Assembly: GCF_964204645.1 (NCBI RefSeq)
Contig: NW_027437432.1
Coordinates: 149,653 to 213,652, forward strand
Length of the DNA: 64,000 bases
DNA from: Tubulanus polymorphus
Lineage: Eukaryota > Animalia > Nemertea
Direction: 5' to 3'
This document shows, piece by piece, positions 12,501 to 24,500 of the stretch (within the stretch, counting starts at the first letter, position 1; each line of letters opens with the position of its first letter). A program made the translations under genes and the position numbers. The notes beneath the pieces were generated by a model. It worked only from the letters and a program-made list of their open reading frames with translations. It did no database searches and was not told the origin of the DNA.

Positions 12501-15500
12501 CTACCACTTATGTCAAAATGATAACCAAAAATAAAATAAATAAATTGAAGGGTTTTATCTCAAAAACTTGAGACTAAAGTTGAAATAATCGGGTACACTA
12601 AAAGCTTCGAAGCAGTCGAAAGTATTTCGTTTTAGATGCGTCAGATTGTGCGGTGAAATAGTTAGAATATTTACCCGTTCTAGGAGAGATAGAGTAGCTT
12701 TCAACGCTCCTTCCGGTCGTCCAAACGGGAAACAATATCTAATCAAATACAATACAACTTTTATTGAAGTTTCATTCAAACAAGGACTAGACCTTATAGA
12801 GGCCTACTGGACGCAGTTCGGTGAACTTTCACAAAAACGTTTTAACTTCATTTCAATTTTTTCACTTTATGTTGAACAAAACTCTCAGTTGAATTCAAGT
12901 CTTAACGAGTTGATTTATTGAAAATGTGAACTGATTTTTAAAGTGTGGAGTTGAAAATCTAACAAATGATTTGACTTGTTTTATTTCAATAAATAGTGAT
13001 TGAACAAACCTGAAATGCGTGATTTGATTTTCTAGTAAAATTCTCAGCCTTTCTTTAATTTCATCGAATTTCTCTTTCTCTTCGTGAGTCACGGTTCCGA
13101 TTCCATCTGGTCTGAAAATAATTCAACGCAAAATGCAAAAATAAAAACTCTTCTATTCATTGTGAAATATTCAACAATTTACTAAAAAGATTATTTTCAG
13201 GGATTGAGGATAAAATTAACAAGATATCATTCAAACATTTCAATAATGTTCATTTCGATAAAATCTATTGGAAACAATCAAATCTGAAATATGTAGTGAC
13301 TTGAATTTTTATTTTCATTCAGGATAAAAAAGTTGAAATGAATTTTCGTTAAAATCTTTTAGATTTCTATACACCAGTTACCAATCTGATTGACTATAGG
13401 AATTTGCTACTCGTAACAAACTTTAGAGCATTAACAAAGGCCTAATACAGAGTAAACACTTAATTAATTCAGTTGATTAGAACAAACTTCAAAACTAATT
13501 AAACCCTTTTGATCAACAGTAAAGCAATCAATTAGTGAGAGGAATTCTGTAATTAATCAAATCACTAATTTAGGTAAATTATCATATTATCATAGATTTA
13601 GAAATGGTATAAATTAGTAGAGTGAGTGAGAGGGGTTCAATTCGGGGTAATTTAACGAATAGATTAAATAAAGATTAATTACGAATACTAATTAGTCATA
13701 CAGTAAACATCGACCAATCAGATTGTAGAATTAATGAACAGTAGTCTGACTACTGGGAATAAATACAGCGACATCTGACATCGAGACATTCAGTCCTCAC
13801 TCGACTCTCACAGCGACACCACAACAAACAAAACAACATGGCCGCCGCATCACCGAAATTCATCGAAGATTGCGAAGAATTCTTAGCCGATTTCCTCGAG
13901 ACGGTCAACAGTCCCGAATATCACCACGGCGACGAACAACACGAAGGCGATTATTCGTTCGACAGCGCCATCTGCGGGGACGGCTGGTCGACGCCGGAGA
14001 ATATTTACGAAGAAGAGAACGTATCGGCTAATTCATCGGGGTACCACGGCAACACGAGCGATGATTCTACGGAAGAGGTCTCGAGTGTGAATTGCGATAT
14101 CATCTCGGGACTGGCTAGTAACCCGGGACTCGCTAGTAACCCGGTGTTCCACGAGCTACAGAAAACACTACTCGCAGATTGTCTCCCCGGGCAACAACCG
14201 ATCAGTCTGTTACGCAGTTTACACGCGGCGCCACCTATCGACGTCAATATCAGACATCGAGCGCTCGAAATCAAAATGGAGATGTTGAAAATCCACGCGT
14301 TTGATAAAATCTCCGAATTACAGAATATTTATAAATATCAGCGAGCGACGCTGGAAGCCGATCGGTATCACGATTTAATGACCAGCGATTCCGAACAGAA
14401 TAAACAACTTATACAATCGTATTACGACGGATTAATTCATAAAGTGATGCATCGAATTTCACAAAGTCTCGAATTATTGGAGGAAACTTTTAACATCGGT
14501 AAAAAGCGCGACCGCGATGAAGAAGAAGAATCGAACGACTCGAAACGTCGTCGTACGTTTACTAAAATGGCGACTAATATTCTCGAACGCTGGTACACAC
14601 TACACGCAGGACATCCGTATCCGAGTATCGATGAATTAAACGCGTTAAGCGACGCTACCGGGGTAACCCTAAAACAAGTACGTCGATGGTTCTCCAATAA
14701 ACGTAACCGCGCCAACTACCAGAAAAACTCTCGAATCGTGAGTCGTTATCCGAATCTAGCTCCGTTTCTATAACATGTGATTGTCATTGATTGTGGAAGT
14801 GATTGTCATTGATTGTGGAAAACTCTTGAATTGATCGTCAATGATTGTAAATTGATTGTGCTACTCATTAAACTGTACTATTGTTTAAATCTGTGCTTCT
14901 GATCATGAATTATTTTGTGATAATTTTTAACCATATTTTATACATAAATCTATTAGAAAAATAAAGAATATGTAAAAATAATTATCAATTTGAGACTCGT
15001 TTTTCAATGTTTGGATTCAGGAGTCACTGCTAGTCACGCCACCTGGTATCGCAGCTACTGTCGTCATGGAGAAATAGTATAAACTAATGCAACAGGTGTG
15101 AAAATATCTATAGGGGGCCAGTTGGAGGCAGACAAAATTTCAGCCAATCAGTGAGCAGGAATATTAGTAATGCAGTTTTTCATTATCAAATCAACATTTT
15201 CAAACACTGACTGGGAAAGATCTAGTATCTGACTGATGGCTCCATAATATTCCGATTTCTAAACTGAATTTTACTCCTTTAGGACTGTATTAATAAGGCC
15301 ACCTAGTGGCATACGGAGGTACTTACCTATTCCCGTGTACGTGAGAGGCACAGAACGCGAAGCTATAGTGAATGAGTGTCGGGTCGACCATAATTCCATT
15401 CTCAGCTCGTTCTAGGAGATCACTGAGATAACACAGGTGTCTATGACAACCACGAACACCGTATCGAGCGCAGTATTCATCTAATACAAACACCTGACCG

Positions 15501-18500
15501 GGACTAAACCATCCCTACAAATATATATATCATTCATTACATCTGTATCCCCGGACCTGACCGGGACTAAACCATCCCTACAAATATATATATCATTCAT
15601 TACATCTGTATCCCCGGACCTGACCGGGACTAAACCATCCCTACAAATATATATATCATTCATTACATCGGTATCCCCGGACCTGACCCGGACTAAACCA
15701 TCCCTACAAATATATATATCATTCATTACATCTGTATCCCCGGACCTGACCCGGGCTAAACCATCCCTACAAATATATATATCATTCATTACATCGGTAT
15801 CCCCGGACCCGACCGGGACTAAACCATCCCTACAAATATATATATCATTCATTACATCTGTATCCCCGGACCTGACCGGGACTAAACCATCCCTACAAAT
15901 ATATATATCATTCATTACATCGGTATCCCCGGACCTGACCGGGACTAAACCATCCCTACAAATATATATATCATTCATTACATCGGTATCCCCGGACCTG
16001 ACCGGGACTAAACCATCCCTACAAATATATATATCATTCATAACATCGGTATCCCCGGACTTGACCCGGACTAAACCATCCCTACAAATATATATATATA
16101 TATAATATATTACATCGGTATCCCCGGACCTGACCCGGACTAAACCATCACTACAAATATATATATCATTCATTACATCGGTATCCCCGGACTAAACCAT
16201 CCCTACAAATACAGAGGGCCTCAGTATTTGTAAGGATGGTTTAGCCCGGGTTAGGTCCTGGAACTGAGCCTAGGGACATTTTGCTGCTGTGATCACTGGT
16301 TTGGCAAAAGCTTCCTCTGATATTGGAGATCATTTGCTCAGGGCTTCAGATGAAATGGTATAAATGATTGAGGGAGGTTAGTGGTGGATGTTCAACTGAG
16401 ATACATTACTAAACTTACCAAACAAGTGTAAGCATCATTGAGTCGATAATCAAGAGTTAATGTCTGTAACACTTTAAATAAATCATGATGATGAAATGCA
16501 CAAGGATCGGCCTGAACGAATTCATCTAAACCGTGTTTCCTCGCCCGGTCAGCATCTGAAATCAGAGACATCATATAACTATCAGAGACACCTAACAACA
16601 AACAGTGAAACTAATCGCACACGTGTATATGAGTAGTACGTAATATTAGTGTAAACTATAGATAGAAACTGACTCGGGTTCAATCCCTAACCGTAATTTC
16701 ACTCTATGTATTATTTTACTGTACCCACTGACCTCCTTGCATTCTAGATATTTGTGAGTTGCTGATTTTATTAGTTTGTACGACTGGTGGTATCGGTTTA
16801 TGCGATTGACCCGTCGCTCGATAAACAGCTTGAACCCATAACGTTCTCTCAGTTTCATCATCAGTAGCAAATAAAACACTATCTCCTTCTTTTACTGTGT
16901 TGAAGAAAAATCGACCGCCTTCTAAATCTAAAAACCAAACATTCAAAAACATCTAAATCTAAAATTCATCAGAATACACATTAAATTCACATTTCATTTC
17001 AATTGATTCTAGACTCAAATGATGTTTAAGTTTTAGGATAGTAACAACATCAGTCTAATCAGACTCAGGGTTTGCAGGTGGTGAAGTTTGTTCTCGGGTC
17101 TCTCTGCTTCGTGAAAGGGGTTAAGAAACCTCCGCAGCCGATTCAAACCTGCTAATAATTATCGGTAACAGTAAACTCATAACTGTGGATGTAAATGGCA
17201 CTTACCCATGAAGTTCAGCATTTCAAAATGAACTTAATTCACAACTGTATAGCCAAGATTAACCAATACCCGGGACTGTCATCCTCCTACGGCAGAGATT
17301 TGAACCTGATGGCATCCAGATTGCCACGGTACGAAACCCTGCCACACTAGACCGAGTGCGCAGCAGCTACACGCGCAGCTTAGTTGATGTCATTAATAGC
17401 CAATCAGAAATTCAGTTTTATTTTAGCCCGGGTTTTCCCATTTATAGTTCTTCCGTGAAATTTACCTCAGCGATTAACGAGCGATCTGATTGGTGCAGCA
17501 AACTTTCATGCAGCACTGCGCATGTACCTGCGCACCCGGTCTAGTGTGGCAGGGGTTCGTGCCGTGGCTGAGAATAGCGATGTCATCAGGTTCGAATCCC
17601 TGCCGAGGGAGGATGGGAACTGGGGGTTGAGGAGTTTTGGGGTTTAACATACCACTCATAGCGTCAGTATAGTCCACTGTATATCCATCTAACTGCATCA
17701 TTTCAGTCGGATCTGGTTTCTTTTCTCTATAACTACACATCGCAAACGTGTACTGTGAAACCTGGACCAATACGAAATATCTTTTCTTCCATTTCTTCCA
17801 AACTGATTTACCCATTGCGTATAAATATCTGCGAAATTAAAAACCGATAGAAATAACTGATTTACCCATAGCGTATAAATATCTGCGAAATTAAAAACCG
17901 ATAGAAATAACTGATTTACCCATAGCGTATAAATATCTGCGAAATTAAAAAACCGATAGAAATAACTGATTTACCCATAAAATAACCCGAATCATGGAAC
18001 TGGATCCTGACTCAACTTACCCGCAATGTTTCATATTTTGTGGTTTATCCATACGAACTGTGATTTTAATTCTTAAATCGTCCGGACAATTTTTCGTGGT
18101 CGTCATTTTATACCATTCGGCCATTTTAGTGCTGGTTGAAGTCGGGTGTATGACGACTTTACCCAATTCTTTATCTTCTAAACTCAACATTCCGGAACTT
18201 TCTGTATATAGTTTAACTTTAACTACTGGAAGAGGGTGAGTGGTGGTAAAATCTCCTTGCGTATCCCAACTATAAATATATCATTCAAAAACATATTCTT
18301 ATTTATTTACAATAAATGTGATCAGTGACGATTAAAATTGTCACCTTTTCTTTCTCCCTGCAAGAAGAAATAATTCATTCCTCTTACTGTATCTATTGAA
18401 CACTCAGCGGTCTCCTATTAGTCGAGGTAACCCCTGAATGGCTCCTGGATGGAGAGATCTGACCTACAACACTCGGTGGTCTCCTATCAGTCGAGGTAAC

Positions 18501-21500
18501 CCCTGAATGGCTCCTGGATAGAGAGATCTGACCTACAACACTCGGTGGTCTCCTATCAGATAAGGTAACCCCTGAATGGCTCCTGGATAGAGAGATCTGA
18601 CCTACAACACTCGGTGGTCTCCGATCAGATAAGGTAACCCCTGAATGGCTCCTGGATAGAGAGATCTGACCGACAACACTCGGTGGTCTCCTATCAGATA
18701 AGGTAACCCCTGAATGGCTCCTGGATAGAGAGATCTGACCAACAACACTCGGTGGTCTGCTATCAGATAAGGTAACCCCTGAATGGCTCCTGGATAGAGA
18801 GATCTGTGCTACAACACTCAGTGGTCTCCTATCAGATAAGGTAACCCCTGAATGGCTCCTGGATAGAGAGATCTGACCTACAACACTCAGTGGTCTCCTA
18901 TCAGTTAAGGTAACCCCTGAATTGCTCCTGGATAGAGAGATCTGACCTACAACACTCGGCGGTCTCCTATCAGATAAGGTAACCCCTGAATGGCTCCTGG
19001 ATAGAGAGATCTGACCTACAACACTCGGCGGTCTCCTATCAGTTAAGGTAACCCCTGAATTGCTCCTGGATAGAGAGATCTGACCTACAACACTCGGCGG
19101 TCTCCTATCAGATAAGGTAACCCCTGAATGGCTCCTGGATAGAGAGATCTGACCTACAACACTCGGCGGTCTCCTATCAGATAAGGTAACCCCTGAATGG
19201 CTCCTGGATAGAGAGATCTGACCTACAACACTCAGTGGTCTCCTATCAGATAAGGTAACCCCTGAATTGCTCCTGGATAGAGAGATCTGACCTACAACAC
19301 TCGGCGGTCTCCTATCAGATAAGGTAACCCCTGAATTGCTCCTGGATAGAGAGATCTGACCTACAACACTCGGCGGTCTCCTATCAGATAAGGTAACCCC
19401 TGAATTGCTCCTGGATAGAGAGATCTGTGCTACAACACTCAGTGGTCTCCTATCAGTCGAGGTAACCCCTGAATGGCTCCTGGATAGAGAGATCTGACCT
19501 ACAACACTCGGTGGTCTCCTATCAGATAAGGTAACCCCTGAATGGCTCCTGGATAGAGAGATCTGACCTACAACACTCGGCGGTCTCCTATCAGTCGAGG
19601 TAACCCCTGAATGGCTCCTGGATAGAGAGATCTGACCTACAACACTCGGTGGTCTCCTATCAGTCGAGGTAACCCCTGAATGGCTCCTGGATAGAGAGAT
19701 CTGACCTACAACACTCGGTGGTCTCCTATCAGATAAGGTAACCCCTGAATGGCTCCTGGATAGAGAGATCTGACCTACAACACTCAGCGGTCTCCTATCA
19801 GATAAGGTAACCCCTGAATTGCTCCTGGATAGAGAGATCTGACCTACAACACTCGGCGGTCTCCTATCAGATAAGGTAACCCCTGAATTGCTCCTGGATA
19901 GAGAGATCTGTGCTACAACACTCAGTGGTCTCCTATCAGTCGAGGTAACCCCTGAATTGCTCCTGGATGGAGAGATCTGACCTACAACACTCAGTGGTCT
20001 CCTATCAGATAAGGTAACCCCTGAATTGCTCCTGGATAGAGAGATCTGACCTACAACACTCGGTGGTCTCCTATCAGATAAGGTAACCCCTGAATTGCTC
20101 CTGGATAGAGAGATCTGACCTACAACACTCGGCGGTCTCCTATCAGATAAGGTAACCCCTGAATTGCTCCTGGATAGAGAGATCTGACCTACAACACTCG
20201 GCGGTCTCCTATCAGATAAGGTAACCCCTGAATTGCTCCTGGATAGAGAGATCTGTGCTACAACACTCAGTGGTCTCCTATCAGTCGAGGTAACCCCTGA
20301 ATTGCTCCTGGATGGAGAGATCTGACCTACAACACTCGGCGGTCTCCTATCAGATAAGGTAACCCCTGAATTGCTCCTGGATAGAGAGATCTGACCTACA
20401 ACACTCGGCGGTCTCCTATCAGATAAGGTAACCCCTGAATTGCTCCTGGATAGAGAGATCTGACCTACAACACTCAGTGGTCTCCTATCAGATAAGGTAA
20501 CCCCTGAATGGCTCCTGGATAGAGAGATCTGACCTACAACACTCGGCGGTCTCCTATCAGTCGAGGTAACCCCTGAATTGCTCCTGGATGGAGAGATCTG
20601 ACCTACAACACTCGGTGGTCTCCTATCAGATAAGGTAACCCCTGAATGGCTCCTGGATAGAGAGATCTGACCTACAACACTCGGCGGTCTCCTATCAGTC
20701 GAGGTAACCCCTGAATTGCTCCTGGATAGAGAGATCTGTGCTACAACACTCAGTGGTCTCCTATCAGTCGAGGTAACCCCTGAATGGCTCCTGGATAGAG
20801 AGATCTGACCTACAACACTCGGCGGTCTCCTATCAGTCGAGGTAACCCCTGAATTGCTCCTGGATAGAGAGATCTGACCTACAACACTCGGCGGTCTCCT
20901 ATCAGATAAGGTAACCCCTGAATGGCTCCTGGATAGAGAGATCTGACCTACAACGCTCAGTGGTCTCCTATCAGTCGAGGTAACCCCTGAATTGCTCCTG
21001 GATGGAGAGATCTGACCTACAACACTCGGCGGTCTCCTATCAGATAAGGTAACCCCTGAATTGCTCCTGGATAGAGAGATCTGACCTACAACACTCGGCG
21101 GTCTCCTATCAGATAAGGTAACCCCTGAATGGCTCCTGGATAGAGAGATCTGACCTACAACACTCGGCGGTCTCCTATCAGTCGAGGTAACCCCTGAATT
21201 GCTCCTGGATAGAGAGATCTGTGCTACAACACTCAGTGGTCTCCTATCAGTCGAGGTAACCCCTGAATGGCTCCTGGATAGAGAGATCTGACCTACAACA
21301 CTCGGCGGTCTCCTATCAGTCGAGGTAACCCCTGAATGGCTCCTGGATAGAGAGATCTGACCTACAACACTCGGCGGTCTCCTATCAGATAAGGTAACCC
21401 CTGAATTGCTCCTGGATAGAGAGATCTGACCTACAACACTCGGCGGTCTCCTATCAGATAAGGTAACCCCTGAATGGCTCCTGGATAGAGAGATCTGACC

Positions 21501-24500
21501 TACAACACTCGGCGGTCTCCTATCAGATAAGGTAACCCCTGAATTGCTCCTGGATAGAGAGATCTGACCTACAACACTCGGCGGTCTCCTATCAGATAAG
21601 GTAACCCCTGAATTGCTCCTGGATAGAGAGATCTGACCTACAACACTCGGCGGTCTCCTATCAGATAAGGTAACCCCTGAATGGCTCCTGGATAGAGAGA
21701 TCTGACCTACAACACTCGGCGGTCTCCTATCAGTCGAGGTAACCCCTGAATTGCTCCTGGATAGAGAGATCTGTGCTACAACACTCAGTGGTCTCCTATC
21801 AGTCGAGGTAACCCCTGAATGGCTCCTGGATAGAGAGATCTGACCTACAACACTCGGCGGTCTCCTATCAGTCGAGGTAACCCCTGAATGGCTCCTGGAT
21901 AGAGAGATCTGACCTACAACACTCGGCGGTCTCCTATCAGATAAGGTAACCCCTGAATTGCTCCTGGATAGAGAGATCTGACCTACAACACTCGGCGGTC
22001 TCCTATCAGATAAGGTAACCCCTGAATGGCTCCTGGATAGAGAGATCTGACCTACAACACTCGGTGGTCTCCTATCAGATAAGGTAACCCCTGAATGGCT
22101 CCTGGATAGAGAGATCTGACCTACAACACTCGGCGGTCTCCTATCAGTCGAGGTAACCCCTGAATGGCTCCTGGATAGAGAGATCTGACCTACAACACTC
22201 AGTGGTCTCCTATCAGATAAGGTAACCCCTAAATGGCTCCTGGATGGAGAGATCTGACCTACAACACTCGGCGGTCTCCTATCAGTCGAGGTAACCCCTG
22301 AATGGCTCCTGGATAGAGAGATCTGACCTACAACACTCGGCGGTCTCCTATCAGTCGAGGTAACCCCTGAATGGCTCCTGGATAGAGAGATCTGACCTAC
22401 AACACTCGGCGGTCTGCTATCAGATAAGGTAACCCCTGAATTGCTCCTGGATAGAGAGATCTGACCTACAACACTCGGCGGTCTCCTATCAGATAAGGTA
22501 ACCCCTGAATGGCTCCTGGATAGAGAGATCTGACCTACAACACTCAGCGGTCTCCTATCAGATAAGGTAACCCCTGAATGGCTCCTGGATAGAGAGATCT
22601 GACCTACAACACTCGGCGGTCTGCTATCAGATAAGGTAACCCCTGAATGGCTCCTGGATAGAGAGATCTGTGCTACAACACTCAGCGGTCTCCTATCAGA
22701 TAAGGTAACCCCTGAATGGCTCCTGGATAGAGAGATCTGACCTACAACACTCAGCGGTCTCCTATCAGATAAGGTAACCCCTGAATTGCTCCTGGATAGA
22801 GAGATCTGACCTACAACACTCGGTGGTCTGCTATCAGATAAGGTAACCCCTGAATTGCTCCTGGATAGAGAGATCTGACCTACAACACTCGGCGGTCTCC
22901 TATCAGATAAGGTAACCCCTGAATGGCTCCTGGATAGAGAGATCTGACCTACAACACTCGGTGGTCTGCTATCAGATAAGGTAACCCCTGAATTGCTCCT
23001 GGATAGAGAGATCTGACCTACAACACTCGGTGGTCTCCTATCAGATAAGGTAACCCCTGAATGGCTCCTGGATAGAGAGATCTGACCTACAACACTCGGT
23101 GGTCTCCTATCAGATAAGGTAACCCCTGAATGGCTCCTGGATAGAGAGATCTGTGCTACAACACTCAGCGGTCTCCTATCAGATAAGGTAACCCCTGAAT
23201 TGCTCCTGGATAGAGAGATCTGACCTACAACACTCGGTGGTCTCCTATCAGTCGAGGTAACCCCTGAATTGCTCCTGGATAGAGAGATCTGACCTACAAC
23301 ACTCAGTGGTCTCCTATCAGATAAGGTAACCCCTGAATTGCTCCTGGATAGAGAGAGGCAATGAGGATAGTAAATTGAGAATCCGACTCACTAATATAAC
23401 GATAAAGATGAAGTCCATTTTTCTCATTATAAATGAATGAATGAATGAGATTCTCAATCTAACTATTCTCACAACATCGACTCATAGTGTTTCATCCATG
23501 GATAGTATATCACTAGGTGGAAACAAGTGGATATCTACAGTAATGCATGGTTCTATAGGTAGGACGTAAGTAGGGAGGGTTCAAATCCAGTTTCTTCACT
23601 GTCTCTTCATCATAAATGTCATGAAGCAGATTTATTGCCTCTAGATACATTACAATATACTTCACGAGATATCGATAACAATTGTGGGCAAATATAACTC
23701 GTAATATATTGATTAGACATTCCGCCTGAGGTGAGTGAGGGAGAGTATTATATATGTATCAATTTTTAGGGTGGTTACAAACACCATTCGATTGGTTTAA
23801 CCCCTTTATAAACTACTTCTCAATAAATGATTATATCCAATGGAGACTAAAATCAATTAGACACATATTGTAGACACTGCTTAAATTTAATCTTTTAACT
23901 CAACTAAACTTTTCACATTTTTTTTCTGACCATAAACCGTATATGAATTATATCCTATCCAACTCAGATATCACTCTCAAATCAAAAGATCTGACGTGAG
24001 CGGAGTCTACTGTACCATCCAACTCAGATATCACTCTCAAGTCAAAAGATCCGACTTGAGCGGAGTCTACTGTACCATCCAACTCAGATATCACTCTCAA
24101 GTCAAAAGATCCGACTTGAGCGGAGTCTACTGTATCATCCAACTCAGATATCACTCTCAAATCAAAAGATCTGACTGTATTAAGTTCTGCACAGGTTTAA
24201 GCTATAGTTTAATGATACTAACTTTGGTTTCGATGCTTCAGCCTGATCAGTTTGAAGTTTCTCCCCATTTTCAACCTCCATTGTGCAATATACTATTTTA
24301 TTCGGAGCCAATGATTTCAGATTCTTCACTTCCATCACGACAACCTATGAAATAAAAAAGCAGTAGACAATCAGTATCTGTCTGTCTGTCTGTCTATTTA
24401 TAAACACAGACACCTGATAATCAAACTGCTCATACAGTTCATGTGAATTAACAACAACAACAGGGTTTACAGTTAAATTAGATCTATGAAACAGGCTCCA

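Noticed and set aside
13838-14773. Calling the homeobox gene PBX/extradenticle
   Set aside because: Lacks recognisable PBC-A/B sequence and the invariant PBX WFGNKRIR helix; no gene symbol assigned.
18398-23357. CRISPR-like regular array
   Set aside because: Units are contiguous near-identical repeats with no unique spacers, in a eukaryotic intron with no cas genes.
23996-24176. Plus-strand VYCTI repeat resembling the CAPS C2 motif VYCTM
   Set aside because: Wrong strand, five-residue coincidence within a 60-bp repeat; the true exon is 24223-24344 on the minus strand.
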